35,142 nucleotides of DNA from sequence record SRR20825006_752, one strand, 5' to 3'. Shown here one piece after another: positions 16,659-26,620 of this stretch (position 1 is its first letter; every line of letters begins with the position of its first letter). The notes beneath the pieces were generated by a model that saw only the letters and a program-made list of their open reading frames with translations, was not told where the DNA came from and did no database searches. The position numbers were made by a program, and so were the translations under genes.

Positions 16659-17993
16659 ATGCCGAAACATCTCGATGACCTGCGCCGTGAGCGCAAAGCC
16701 GCGGCTGACAACATGCAAACGATCGCGGGCAAAATGAGCGATCTTGAGGGGGCAGAGACGCCAGACGCCGCTGCGATCGAAGCCGCACAGGCGGAATTTG
16801 ACGCCGCGCAAAAGGCGTTTAACGATGCAGACAAGGCGGTCAAGCGTGGCGAGGCCACCGAGGCCGCATTGGCGGCGTCTGCGGGGGCTGGTGATGATGC
16901 GGGCGGCGCAGGTGGCGCAGGTGGCGCATTGGGGGCCGTTCCGGCACAGCCGATCAATCCCGATCACGTTGGGGCCGAGGCGGCGCTCATGGTTCACGCA
17001 TTGGCCGCGACCGGCGGCAACAAAGACAAAGCCGCCGGTCGTCTCGAAAGTCAGGGCTACGGTGCAGTCGCTGCCACCTTGGTTGGCGCTGACGAAAACT
17101 CGGGCGGGGTGCTGATCCCGCGTGCGCAAGTGTCCAAGGTGATCCCGATGCTGCGCGCCAAAACCGTTCTCGACAAATGTGGAGCGCGCGCCGTTCCGGT
17201 GTCTGCGGGTGAAATGCGCAACGCCAAGCAAACGGGCCGTGCAAGCGCCGCCTATGCCGATGAGATTGGCGAAGCGCAGGAAAGCAACCCGACCTATGAG
17301 CCGGTCTCTGAGACGCTCAAGGATCTAAAGGCGCTGGTTCCGGTGTCGAACCGTTTGCTTGAGCGCTCCGATATTGCCGTGGCGATGATGGTGCTTGAGG
17401 ACATGCTGTCGGCCATGGCGCTCAAACGCGACATTGCGGGGCTGCGCTACGACGGCACGGGGCTTTTGCCGAAAGGTGTGCGTCACTGGATTCCGGCGGG
17501 CAACTGGCTTGCAACGGTTGACGCGTCCTCTGTCGCTTTGATTGATCTCGCGTTGCGCTCTTTGGTCGATAAGGTCGAAGACGCCGATGTGCCGATGTTC
17601 AAACCCGGCTGGGTGATGCGCGCGAGTGCCAAGAACTTCCTTGCCTCGCTCAAAGACGTGAACGGTCGGCCTTATTATCCCGAGATTGACGAAAAAGGGA
17701 TGCTCAAAGGCTATCCGATTTACACCACGTCGCAGGTGCCGAAAGACTTGGGTGTCGGTGGCGATGAAACCGAGATCACCTTTGGCGACTGGGCCGAGTT
17801 GATGATTGGCGAAGAGGAGCGGATTGTCGTGTCGCAATCGCGTGATGCCGCGTATCGCGACACTGGCGGCACGATGCAATCGGCCTTCCAACAGGGCAAA
17901 ACCTTGCTCTTGGCTGTGACGGCCAACGATTTCGCGCCGGATCATGAGGAAGCCTTTGCGGGCTTCAATGCGCAGGGTTGGACGCTGGTCTAA
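16659..17993 (+). CDS. Major capsid protein (HK97 fold, N-terminal delta/scaffold domain)
   Basis: Coiled-coil N-terminus, SGGVLIP, VPVSNRLL, GTG.LPKG, LKDVNGRP, LKGYPI.TTSQVP, FGDW. Confidence 0.95.
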   Translation: MPKHLDDLRRERKAAADNMQTIAGKMSDLEGAETPDAAAIEAAQAEFDAAQKAFNDADKAVKRGEATEAALAASAGAGDDAGGAGGAGGALGAVPAQPINPDHVGAEAALMVHALAATGGNKDKAAGRLESQGYGAVAATLVGADENSGGVLIPRAQVSKVIPMLRAKTVLDKCGARAVPVSAGEMRNAKQTGRASAAYADEIGEAQESNPTYEPVSETLKDLKALVPVSNRLLERSDIAVAMMVLEDMLSAMALKRDIAGLRYDGTGLLPKGVRHWIPAGNWLATVDASSVALIDLALRSLVDKVEDADVPMFKPGWVMRASAKNFLASLKDVNGRPYYPEIDEKGMLKGYPIYTTSQVPKDLGVGGDETEITFGDWAELMIGEEERIVVSQSRDAAYRDTGGTMQSAFQQGKTLLLAVTANDFAPDHEEAFAGFNAQGWTLV

Positions 17994-18058
17994 GCCCAAT
18001 CGGCGCGCGGTCTGGGGGCTGCGCGCCTCACTCTCTCACTCAAAATATGGATTTGGAT

Positions 18059-18577
18059 ATGGCAAAAATTCCTGTGGAATTTACGGGCGTTCATGGCTCG
18101 TTTGTGAAAGGCGATCGGGCTGCGTTTTCGGAGCAAAAGGTTGCGGCGCTGGTGGCAAAAGGCACTGCGCGCCGCATGACGGCGGGCGAGGTCGCGCAGG
18201 CTTATGCGGAGCGTGGCAAGTCGAGCGCGCCGCTTGATGAAGTGCCCGCATTGAAGGCGCGCCTTGATGTGGCAGCTCTGGAAATCAAAACCGCGCAGGA
18301 TGGCGAGGCTAAAGCGCTCAAAGACGCCGAAGCGGCGCGGCGCGAACGGGATCAAGCGATTGCCGAGGCGACGAAAGCCAAAACCGATCTTGCGGCGATG
18401 ATGGTCCAAGCCGTCGAAGCCGTGCCCGGTGATGCGGTGGATCAAAGCACCAACGAGGCGGCGAATGCTGATCCGGCGGCGACGGACAGCGCGGCGGCGA
18501 CCACCAAAGCGACCACCGCAAAAACCACCACCAAAACAGACGCAGGCGCACCACCTGCACAGGGCGCAACCAAATAA
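18059..18577 (+). CDS. Hypothetical head-associated protein with an Ala/Thr-rich tail
   Basis: GDRAAFSEQKVAALVAKGTA motif typical of small post-capsid proteins; low-complexity C-terminus. Confidence 0.7.
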   Translation: MAKIPVEFTGVHGSFVKGDRAAFSEQKVAALVAKGTARRMTAGEVAQAYAERGKSSAPLDEVPALKARLDVAALEIKTAQDGEAKALKDAEAARRERDQAIAEATKAKTDLAAMMVQAVEAVPGDAVDQSTNEAANADPAATDSAAATTKATTAKTTTKTDAGAPPAQGATK

Positions 18578-18589
18578 GGGGGCCAACTT

Positions 18590-19162
18590 ATGCAAGTGAT
18601 TGGCGGCGAGTTGCCCGTGGCTGTGGAGGTCGCAGAATTCAAACGGGCCACGCATTTCTCGGACGGAGATCAAGACGATGATCTTTCTCTCGCCGCCTAT
18701 CTTTCGGCGGCGCAAGATGTGGTTGAAACGGCGACAAACCGCCCGATTGGAGCGCGCACAGTGCGTTTTGAGGTGCCGCTCGAATTGGGCGCGCGTCGGT
18801 GGTGGTTGCCCTGCGCGCCGGTGTCCGAGATCGTTGCGGTTCAGGCCTTGGTTGATGGCGCATGGCAGGACGGTGATCTTTCCAATGTGCGGGTCGAGTT
18901 TGGTCATGATGAGCCGCAATGTGTCCTCGGGCCGGGGGCATTGGGGGCGGGGGCGACCGCCTTTGCGATCGAGGCCACGGTCGGGGCCAGTGATGGCGCG
19001 CGGATCGAGGCCATGAAACAGGCCATGATTTTGATCACAAAGGGCTGGTTTGAGGCGGGGATCGCGGTCGATGACATGTCAGAGCCGCACCTGAGCTTTG
19101 GCGCAAAGGCTTTGATCAAACAGGCCCGCTATCGCCGCCCGCGCATTTGGGGGGCGATGTGA
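18590..19162 (+). CDS. Head-tail connector (gp6-like adaptor)
   Basis: VEVAEFKRATH...DDDLSLAAYLSAAQDVVETATNRPI...LPCAPV...KQAMILITKGWFE. Confidence 0.85.
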   Translation: MQVIGGELPVAVEVAEFKRATHFSDGDQDDDLSLAAYLSAAQDVVETATNRPIGARTVRFEVPLELGARRWWLPCAPVSEIVAVQALVDGAWQDGDLSNVRVEFGHDEPQCVLGPGALGAGATAFAIEATVGASDGARIEAMKQAMILITKGWFEAGIAVDDMSEPHLSFGAKALIKQARYRRPRIWGAM

Positions 19163-19491
19163 TGCGGTTGGATCGAAAGTTTACAATTCTGCGCGACGTT
19201 GAGACCGGACGCGACCCCTTAAATGAGCCGCTGACAGAGCCGCAAGTGATTGCGGATGGCTGGTGTGGCGTGGGGCCGTTGTCGCGCGATCGGTTCGAGG
19301 CCTTGGGGATTTCGGCCAGCGTGGAGGCCGTGGAGCTGGTCACGCGTGACGCGTCTGCGCTTCGCAATTTGAACGTGACGGATCGGCTTTATATCGGCGG
19401 CGTCTCCTATCAGTTCAAAGCCATGCAAGACCGGGCCGGGGCACGACGCGGCTTTGTGGAGCTGGTCGCTGTGCGCGAGGTGGTGACATGA
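19162..19491 (+). CDS. Head closure / head-tail joining protein
   Basis: Position; RLDRKFTI...DPLNEP...DRL...G..YQF pattern. Confidence 0.75.
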   Translation: MRLDRKFTILRDVETGRDPLNEPLTEPQVIADGWCGVGPLSRDRFEALGISASVEAVELVTRDASALRNLNVTDRLYIGGVSYQFKAMQDRAGARRGFVELVAVREVVT

Positions 19492-19889
19492 ACGCGGCGT
19501 TTTTGACCCTGCTTTTGGATGCTGCGCCGCTTGTGGCGCTGGTTGATCAGCGGATCAATTGGGGCGTGCAGCCGCCGGGTAAAACCGCGCGGCCCTATGT
19601 GAACCTGCACCATGTCGGCGGCGGGCGCGATTATAGTCTCGACGGACCGCGCGCGTGGAAACGGGCGCGGGTACAAGTCGATACCTGGGCGGATCGCAGC
19701 GCGGCGGCGATTGATGTTTGGGCGGCAGTCGAAGACCTGCTTTCGGGCTTTTCCGGCTCGGTCGGAGGTGTCGCGTTTTCCATGATCCGCCTTGAGGGCG
19801 ACCGGAGCGCGAATGACACGGGCCACGATGGAACCCGCCTTTATGGGCGGTCTGGTGATTTCTCATTTCGGTGGAGGGTGGACGCATGA
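19488..19889 (+). CDS. Tail terminator (DUF3168 / gp17-like)
   Basis: LVDQRINWG..P....RPYV.L...RVQVDTWA. Confidence 0.8.
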   Translation: MNAAFLTLLLDAAPLVALVDQRINWGVQPPGKTARPYVNLHHVGGGRDYSLDGPRAWKRARVQVDTWADRSAAAIDVWAAVEDLLSGFSGSVGGVAFSMIRLEGDRSANDTGHDGTRLYGRSGDFSFRWRVDA

Positions 19890-20332
19890 AAATGGAGTTT
19901 CACGGCGGCAAGGACTTAGAGCAAGCGCTCAAGGAGTTGAAACTTTCAGCACGAAAATCGGTGACCCGGCGTGTGATGAAAAAGGCTTTGGTGCCTTTCA
20001 TTGTGCTTGTCCGCAGTCTTTCGGCGGTGAGAACTGGGGCGCTTGCTGCGTCCTATGGGATCACCTCAAAGCTCGCGCCGCGCGCGCGTCAAAGGGCGCG
20101 AGGTGTGCCCGCATCTATGGTCATGATGTACGCGGGAACCGCAGCGTCCAGAGGCGTTTGGAATGAATTTGGGACGGCGCATAGCGCGCCTGATCATGCT
20201 GGCCGTGATGCATGGGACCAGACTAAAGTTGAGGTTTTTGAAAACCTTCGCGACGGCATGGAAACCGAAGTCAAAAAAGCAACGGCGCGCGCACATCGCA
20301 AGGCTGCGCGCGCGGCGATGAAGCGTTCTTAA
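19886..20332 (+). CDS. HK97 gp10-like tail component
   Basis: G.KDLEQALKEL, RTGALAAS, EFGT.H..P....R.AWD. Confidence 0.8.
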   Translation: MKMEFHGGKDLEQALKELKLSARKSVTRRVMKKALVPFIVLVRSLSAVRTGALAASYGITSKLAPRARQRARGVPASMVMMYAGTAASRGVWNEFGTAHSAPDHAGRDAWDQTKVEVFENLRDGMETEVKKATARAHRKAARAAMKRS

Positions 20333-20352
20333 CTCAACAAAAGGGGGCCGTG

Positions 20353-20778
20353 ATGGCTGGTGATAAGGAATTCTTTGGCGGGTCGGTGCGCCGCTCGCCG
20401 GATGGTGTGACGTGGACAGAAATCCGTGGCGTCAAGGGCGTGAAAGTGCCGGATTTGTCGATCGACATGAAAACCCGCAAGTCGCTGGACTCGCCCGAAC
20501 GGGTGATCCGCAAGCGCGCGGGTTGGGCGGACCCCGGCGAATTCGAAATCGTTGTCTATGACGATGAGGGCGATATTGCTGCGGCCTATGCGGATCAAAC
20601 CCGTACTCTGTCGGGGGCGTCCACCTTTTACCAAATCGAATTTGCGAGCGGCAAAATGTGGGAATTTGAAGCCTTCCCGCTGGTGACACCGCCCGCACCG
20701 GGCGAGGTCGATGAGGATATCGAGTTCACCCTCAAAGGCGCTGTGTCGGGCCTGCCCGAATTCACTGCCGCCGCGTAA
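20353..20778 (+). CDS. Tail tube (major tail) protein
   Basis: WTEI.GV.....P, LDSP, GWADPGEFEI, FTLK..VSG.P. Confidence 0.8.
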   Translation: MAGDKEFFGGSVRRSPDGVTWTEIRGVKGVKVPDLSIDMKTRKSLDSPERVIRKRAGWADPGEFEIVVYDDEGDIAAAYADQTRTLSGASTFYQIEFASGKMWEFEAFPLVTPPAPGEVDEDIEFTLKGAVSGLPEFTAAA

Positions 20779-20805
20779 ATCCAACTCAAAACGAAAGTCG
20801 ATAAC

Positions 20806-21234
20806 ATGACGGATACGAAAAAAACTGTCCCGCTTAAAGTGGGAGAGACCACTCTTGCTGTGGCCTTCACCACCGAAGCGCAGGTCGCTTATGAGGAAAA
20901 CATGACCTGTGATTTCTCCTCTGTGCCGGAGTTCTTTGTCAATGCCTCAAGCGAGGATGCGAAGGGGCGCAAAAAGCCTGTGCGCCTGTCTGTGCGCACC
21001 ATGCGGGCGCTGCTTTGGGCTGGTCTGATGGGCGGGGACAATCCCGTTTCGATGAAACGCGCGGGCGAAATCATTGATGAGGCAGGCCATTTGCCCGTGC
21101 TGACAGCATTGAGCGAGGCCGTCGCACTGGCCTTTGGCGTGGAGGATAAGGGCGAGGCGGGAAAGCCTGCGACCGAGACACCCCCGGCGAAAAGCACAGG
21201 GAAAGCGCCCGCGATGCCCGTGCCCGCCTCTTAA
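20806..21234 (+). CDS. Tail assembly chaperone (gpG-like)
   Basis: Between tail tube and tape measure; RALLWAGL...AGEIIDE; contains in-register G GGA AAG at 21159-21165. Confidence 0.85.
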   Translation: MTDTKKTVPLKVGETTLAVAFTTEAQVAYEENMTCDFSSVPEFFVNASSEDAKGRKKPVRLSVRTMRALLWAGLMGGDNPVSMKRAGEIIDEAGHLPVLTALSEAVALAFGVEDKGEAGKPATETPPAKSTGKAPAMPVPAS

Positions 21235-21542
21235 GTCTCTGGATTGAGGCGGGGCAACCGTGGGCGCTGTTTTGGCGTCTCACGCCAGCCGAAATCTCCT
21301 TTGTTCTTGGTGCCCACGTCAAAAGCGTGGAGCGCCAAGCCAAGATGCGGCGGGCGGATATTCACGCGGTGGCCTCACTCATGGGCATAGCGTTTCACAA
21401 TCCCAAAAATCTACCGCGCGGGCGTGACTTCATAGAGGGGCGCGCCCGTTCGCGTTTCTCAAGTGAGGCGCAGATCGACGCCTATTTTCGCGGGCTGCAA
21501 AGCCTCAAGGCGTCACAAAGAAAACCACTGCAAAAACCATAA
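21159..21542 (+). CDS. gpT-like extension reached by -1 ribosomal frameshift (gpGT fusion 20806-21542)
   Basis: The -1 frame is open from the slippery heptamer to TAA 21542 and reads LWIEAGQPWALFWRLTPAEI. Confidence 0.8.
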   Translation, partial: GKACDRDTPGEKHRESARDARARLLSLWIEAGQPWALFWRLTPAEISFVLGAHVKSVERQAKMRRADIHAVASLMGIAFHNPKNLPRGRDFIEGRARSRFSSEAQIDAYFRGLQSLKASQRKPLQKP

Positions 21543-21554
21543 GGGGCGGGGCCA

Positions 21555-24554
21555 ATGTTCAAGGGGCTGATTGGGGCGCTGCGCGTCGATCTTGGCATGA
21601 ACAGCGCGGAGTTTGTCAAAGGCGCGGATAAAGCCCTTTCGACAACCCAAGCGATTCAAAAAAAGATGAGTGCGATCGGGTCCAAAATGCGCTCGATCGG
21701 CACCAACCTGTCCGTTGGTGCGACCCTTCCCCTTGTGGCTTTTGCCAAAAAATCCATGGACGCGGCGGCGGTACAGGAAAAATCCGTCGCGGCCATGGAG
21801 GCGGGGCTTGCCTCGATGGGGGCGGTCGCGGGCTTCACCTCGAAACAGCTTCAAGGCATGGCGTCCGATCTGCAAAATAAATCGCTCTATGGCGATGAAG
21901 AGGTTTTGCAAAAAGTCACGGCCAACTTGCTCACCTTTGGCAATGTGTCGGGCGATGTGTTTTCGCGGGCGCAACAGATGGCGCTCGATCTGTCGGCCCG
22001 TCTGGGCACGGATTTGCAAGGCTCGACCGTGATGCTTGGCAAGGCGTTGAACGATCCGGCCAAAGGGATCACTGCCCTGACGCGGGTCGGGGTGTCCTTC
22101 ACCGAACAGCAAAAATCTCAGATCAAAGCCATGGCTGAGGCGGGCGACATTGCCGGTGCGCAAAGCCTGATTTTGGATGAGCTGAACAAGCAATATGCGG
22201 GGCAGGCCGAGGCGTTGCGCAATCTGCCCGCTGGTCAAATCCAAGCGGCGAGCATGGCGATTGGCGATGCGATGGAAAAGGTCGGCTCGATCATCCTGCC
22301 CGTGGTGGCGCAGATCGCGACCCATGTGGAAGCGCTTGCGGTCAAGTTTCAAAACCTCTCGCCCGAAACTCAGAAATTTGTCGTCATCGGCGGGGCGCTT
22401 GCGGCGGCTCTTGGCCCGGTCACGATTGCCTTGGGGGCAACGGTCGCCGCCATTGGCGCGCTGATGACGCCGGTTGCCGGTGTCGTGTTGGGGCTTGGGG
22501 CATTGGCCGGGGGTGTGGCCTATGTGGTCACGCATTGGGATGCGCTTACGGCGCGTTGGCCCGCACTTGAACGAGTGTTCAATGCGCTCAAATACAGCGT
22601 TGGCTTGCCTGTCACGCTCATGGTGATGCTTGGCAAAAAGACTGTTGAGCTGGTCCAAAAGCTGGGCGGGTTCGGCGAAACGATGCAATTCCTGCGCGAC
22701 CTCTCCGCCGAAGTGTGGGAGCGCATGGGGCTTTTGGCCGATGCGTTTGGATCGCGCTTTGACGCAGTCGTCGCGCGGATCAAGGGCATTTGGGCCTCGG
22801 GTGTGTCCTATCTTGCCGACAAATGGGCCGGGTTCGTCGGAACCATCGCGCCCACGTTCAACGCGATTGCGGAAAAGGCCGGATCATCTTTGCGCATTGA
22901 CGCGATGGCCACGGCGTCTTGGGCGTCTGGGTTGGAAAACGCGGCGCTCAATGCCAAAACACTTGCCGCCAATGCGGACCTTGCGGCGGATGCTTTGGCC
23001 GCTGTGGGCAAAGCGCCTCTCGCCTCTTTGAGCCGTCTGAGTTCAAAGGTCGAGAATGTGGCTGATGAAGCCGAGGAGGATCTGGGCGGTGCGGCGGAGG
23101 CGGTCGAAACCTCAGTCAAACAGGTTGAGGATGCGCTCGATGATGCGGGGGACGCAGGCGGTGCGGCGGGTGGCAAGATTGCAAAGGGGCTTGAAAAGGC
23201 ATTGCCCGCCGCAAAGGCGCTTGCCGATACTCTTGGCGACATTTCCAAAACGACCTTTGGCAATATCGTAGATGGGTTTGCGGATGCTTTGGCCCATGGC
23301 GATCTTGCTGGGGGCGTTAAAGGCGTCTTTTCTGACTATATGAGCGGCGCGACGGACTCGTTTTCGGCGATCCTGAAGGATGCCTTCACAGGCGGTGGCT
23401 TTGCCTCGATCGGATCGAGCCTTTCGGGCGCGTGGTCTTCTGTGACGGGCGCAATCAAGGGCATTTCTTGGGGGTCGATCGGATCGGTCTTTAGTGGCAT
23501 CGGCGGCGCAATCTCCGCAGCCCTTCCGATTGTCGGCGCGGTCTCGGCGATCATTGGCATTTTCAAAGGGTTCAGTTCCAAAAAACTGATCGGGGCCGGG
23601 TTTGATTTCTCGTTTGAGGGCGGCGATCTTTTGGGCGGCACCTTTGAGACATGGAAGAAAAGTAGCTGGTGGGGTCTAAAAAAACGGACTTCAACCAAGA
23701 TCACATCCTTTGATGACGAAACCTCTGCCGCGCTGATGGAGCAAATCACGGCGGTGCAAGATGCCGTGTCCGCGACCTATAAGGCGGCGGGTGTGGCGAT
23801 CGAGGTCGGGTTTGTTGAGGGGTTCGATTATGACTTCGGCCAGATCGACACCAAAGGCCTCTCAGAGGATGAAATCGCCAAATTGCTCACCGAGGCTTTT
23901 GAGGGCTATGGCGATGCAATTTCGGAGGCGATCGGTGGCGTGACACTTGAGGTTGCGGCGATCTTTGCTCAGGCGAAATCTGTGCTTGAGCCAAGCGGCC
24001 AAGCCTTTCTTGGTACGTTCAAGGATATGGCCGAGGCGGCAAATGATTTGGCGGCGGGCTTTGGCGGCATTGGGGCGCTGACGTCCAGCGTGTCGGGATT
24101 TGTTTCGACCTATTTCTCGGCGGCAGAGCAATTCCAAATGGTCTCGGATCGGGTCGCGGGTGTGTTCGATGATCTTGGGTTCGCTGTACCTGACACGCTC
24201 AAAGGGTTTCGCGAGCTGGTCCTTTCGCAAGACCTCATGACCGAAAGCGGGCGTGATGCTTACACCGCTCTCATGGGGGTGTCTGATGCCTTTGCCTCGA
24301 TCAACGCGGGGCTGGATCAGAGCTTTGATGCCTCGGGAGGCTGGTACGCTTCGGAATATGAGGCGCGCCTTGCTCAGGTCGCTTCGGCGCGCGGCTACGG
24401 CGTCACAACTGAGGTCGCGCAATCCGCAGGCACCACGCAATACGGGCGCACCTCCCTTGGCGAGGATGGTGCGGCGGTGCAGCTCCTGCAAACGATGGTC
24501 GGGATTTTCAAAAACTGGGACGCCGAAGGCTATCCAAAAGAAAGGGATTTTTGA
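21555..24554 (+). CDS. Tail tape measure protein
   Basis: 999 aa, Ala/Gly-rich; IGALRVDLGMNSAEF start; LGKALNDP.KGITALTRVGV. Confidence 0.95.
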   Translation: MFKGLIGALRVDLGMNSAEFVKGADKALSTTQAIQKKMSAIGSKMRSIGTNLSVGATLPLVAFAKKSMDAAAVQEKSVAAMEAGLASMGAVAGFTSKQLQGMASDLQNKSLYGDEEVLQKVTANLLTFGNVSGDVFSRAQQMALDLSARLGTDLQGSTVMLGKALNDPAKGITALTRVGVSFTEQQKSQIKAMAEAGDIAGAQSLILDELNKQYAGQAEALRNLPAGQIQAASMAIGDAMEKVGSIILPVVAQIATHVEALAVKFQNLSPETQKFVVIGGALAAALGPVTIALGATVAAIGALMTPVAGVVLGLGALAGGVAYVVTHWDALTARWPALERVFNALKYSVGLPVTLMVMLGKKTVELVQKLGGFGETMQFLRDLSAEVWERMGLLADAFGSRFDAVVARIKGIWASGVSYLADKWAGFVGTIAPTFNAIAEKAGSSLRIDAMATASWASGLENAALNAKTLAANADLAADALAAVGKAPLASLSRLSSKVENVADEAEEDLGGAAEAVETSVKQVEDALDDAGDAGGAAGGKIAKGLEKALPAAKALADTLGDISKTTFGNIVDGFADALAHGDLAGGVKGVFSDYMSGATDSFSAILKDAFTGGGFASIGSSLSGAWSSVTGAIKGISWGSIGSVFSGIGGAISAALPIVGAVSAIIGIFKGFSSKKLIGAGFDFSFEGGDLLGGTFETWKKSSWWGLKKRTSTKITSFDDETSAALMEQITAVQDAVSATYKAAGVAIEVGFVEGFDYDFGQIDTKGLSEDEIAKLLTEAFEGYGDAISEAIGGVTLEVAAIFAQAKSVLEPSGQAFLGTFKDMAEAANDLAAGFGGIGALTSSVSGFVSTYFSAAEQFQMVSDRVAGVFDDLGFAVPDTLKGFRELVLSQDLMTESGRDAYTALMGVSDAFASINAGLDQSFDASGGWYASEYEARLAQVASARGYGVTTEVAQSAGTTQYGRTSLGEDGAAVQLLQTMVGIFKNWDAEGYPKERDF

Positions 24555-25444
24555 TGCTTGTCTGTGCGCCGATCGAGGTTTCGCTCGACAATGTGAGCGT
24601 GTCCTTGCCCGAAGATGATGCGCCGCCTTGGGCGGCTTTAAGCACCTTTGGCCTTGGCGACCGCGTTGTCCGCGATCATCGCATTTTTCAAAGTATGATC
24701 GCGGACAATATCGGGATTGATCCGGCGACTGTCGATCAATCGTTGGTCGGGGCGGAATGGCTTGAGGTGGAATACACCAATGCCTATCGCGCCTTTGACG
24801 GTGTGCTTAACAATCCAACGGTGGCCTCAGGAGGCCTAGGATTCAACATTCGGGTTGAAGAGAGTTTCGATACGCTGTTTTTGTTCGGGCTGCGAGGAGT
24901 GCAGGTCGGGGTGTGGTTCTACAATGCGGCGGATCAATTGGTTTCTGCGCGACCTTTTTCGCTTGGCGGGCGCACGGTGAATGGCTGGTGGCAGTTTTTC
25001 ACCAAAACACCTGAGCCGCGCCGCAATAAGGCGGTTTTTGATCGCGTTCCCGTGGCGGCACGGCGGGCGCAAATTTACATCTCGGGCGGGGATGTCCGCC
25101 TTGGTGAGGTGTTTCTGGGGCGCTCTTTCTATGTCGGAGACATGCAGGCCGAAACCTCTGGCCGTTCGGTCACAGCCTCGCGCTATGAGGTCAATGATTT
25201 TGGCCGCACGATCTGGACCAAACGCCCAACGCGGCGAGAAATGACCTACGTCGTCGCCGCCGACAATACCGCCTTTGAGACGATTGAGCCGCGCATGGGC
25301 GATCTGGCCGGAACGCTGGTCGCCACTGTGGGCGATCTCAAAATCCCATCCACGATCCACTTTGGGATTTTGGGCACGATCGAATGGGCCGAGGACAGCC
25401 CGGACGATTATCTTTTCTCGTTTACAATCAAGGGGGCCTCATGA
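24554..25444 (+). CDS. Tail tip / baseplate-associated protein
   Basis: Follows the tape measure gene; W.....F..GDRVV..HRIFQS small carbohydrate-binding-like motif; beta-rich. Confidence 0.6.
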   Translation: MLVCAPIEVSLDNVSVSLPEDDAPPWAALSTFGLGDRVVRDHRIFQSMIADNIGIDPATVDQSLVGAEWLEVEYTNAYRAFDGVLNNPTVASGGLGFNIRVEESFDTLFLFGLRGVQVGVWFYNAADQLVSARPFSLGGRTVNGWWQFFTKTPEPRRNKAVFDRVPVAARRAQIYISGGDVRLGEVFLGRSFYVGDMQAETSGRSVTASRYEVNDFGRTIWTKRPTRREMTYVVAADNTAFETIEPRMGDLAGTLVATVGDLKIPSTIHFGILGTIEWAEDSPDDYLFSFTIKGAS

Positions 25445-26112
25445 GCTTTACCGAAATTTTGCCCTTTAATGGGTTGTTGCCGACTGGCGATGATCCGGCA
25501 TCTTTTGATGCGCGCGCCGAAGCGCTCATGTCATGGTTGGTGGAAAATTTTGCGCCTGAAATCACCGCGTTGGCTGTGGAGATACAGACCGCCCTTGGAG
25601 GGTCGTCTGATGCGCTGACCGCCATTGCGGATTTGAGCGCCAGTTTGGGGGCCGCAGCGTATCGTGGCATATCTACAGATATGGATTTTTTGGGAGTCTC
25701 CCCGTCCGGCTTGGTCAATCGTGGGGCGATTGCGAGCTACGTTGGTGCACTGATCAAGACGATGGGCGGCAATCAATCTGGTGCGGCTCCGGTCTTTGCG
25801 GCGCGCGCTTGGGTTCATTTTTCCGGCGTAGGCACCCCGACCATCCTCGCCGGTGGGAATGTGTCGTCAATCACCGATAACGGAGTGGGAGATTACACAG
25901 TGAACTTCACCACGCCGATGCCTGATGTGAATTATGCTGTTTTGGGGACCGCAGCGTGGAATCAGGACAACGTTGCGGCGGCTGTGTTTTCCTATGCGAG
26001 AAACTGGACGAAAACCGTGTCCGCTTTTCGCTTCACCCCTTCGCAAAATATTACTGCTTCTGGAGCGTCTCCAGCGGATAGCCCGTCTGTGTCGTTGGCT
26101 TTTTTTGGGTAG
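25441..26112 (+). CDS. Short tail fibre / receptor-binding protein
   Basis: N-terminal P...DPASFDARAEA anchor; C-terminal ARAWVHFSG...NVSSITDNGVGDYTVNFTTPMPDVNYAV fibre domain. Confidence 0.75.
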   Translation: MSFTEILPFNGLLPTGDDPASFDARAEALMSWLVENFAPEITALAVEIQTALGGSSDALTAIADLSASLGAAAYRGISTDMDFLGVSPSGLVNRGAIASYVGALIKTMGGNQSGAAPVFAARAWVHFSGVGTPTILAGGNVSSITDNGVGDYTVNFTTPMPDVNYAVLGTAAWNQDNVAAAVFSYARNWTKTVSAFRFTPSQNITASGASPADSPSVSLAFFG

Positions 26113-26119
26113 GATCAAA

Positions 26120-26335
26120 ATGAACAAAAGAATTATTTATGAAAATGAAAGTGGTGGGGTCTCTGTTATAGTTCCTACCGCTTGCGGCTTGACGGTTGAA
26201 GAAATCGCGCAGAAGGACGTTCCGATTGGTGTTCCTTATAAGATTGTTGATGTGCTTGAGGTGCCGTCGGATCGAACGGATCGGGCGCTCTGGATGGTGG
26301 ATGCGGCCGATTTAACGGATGGGGTGGGAGCATGA
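26120..26335 (+). CDS. Tail-fibre-associated small protein
   Basis: IIY..E.GGVSVIVP...EEIAQKDVP.G.PYKIVD...PSDRT.R..W, commonly found after such fibres. Confidence 0.7.
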   Translation: MNKRIIYENESGGVSVIVPTACGLTVEEIAQKDVPIGVPYKIVDVLEVPSDRTDRALWMVDAADLTDGVGA

Positions 26336-26553
26336 GTATCATTTCCCTGCGCGCCAAAACCAACGATGAAATGGCCGCTGAAATTCGCGCCAAGCGCGCG
26401 CCGCTTTTGGCCGCGTCCGATTGGACGCAAATGCCAGATAGTCCTTTGAATGAGGCGCAGCGCGCGGCATGGGGCGAGTATCGCCAAGCCCTGCGGGATT
26501 TGCCAAACGCCGAGGATTTGGCAAATCTGATTTGGCCTGAAACACCAGGCTGA
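26332..26553 (+). CDS. Tail fibre assembly chaperone
   Basis: IRAKR..LLAASDWTQMPDSP...W..YRQALRDLP...WP..P. Confidence 0.85.
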   Translation: MSIISLRAKTNDEMAAEIRAKRAPLLAASDWTQMPDSPLNEAQRAAWGEYRQALRDLPNAEDLANLIWPETPG

Positions 26554-26582
26554 CACGCCGCTACAATGAGCCAACACTTACA

Positions 26583-26604
26583 CCGCCCGCTGGGCGGCTT
26601 TTTT
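26583..26604 (+). terminator. Rho-independent terminator after the tail genes
   Basis: CCGCCC-GCT-GGGCGG followed by CTTTTTT. Confidence 0.7.
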
Positions 26605-26620
26605 ATGCGAAGGGGGCAGG

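Noticed and set aside
21199-21205. Second GGGAAAG in the chaperone gene
   Set aside because: Read as GGG AAA G in the zero frame, the wrong register for tandem -1 slippage.
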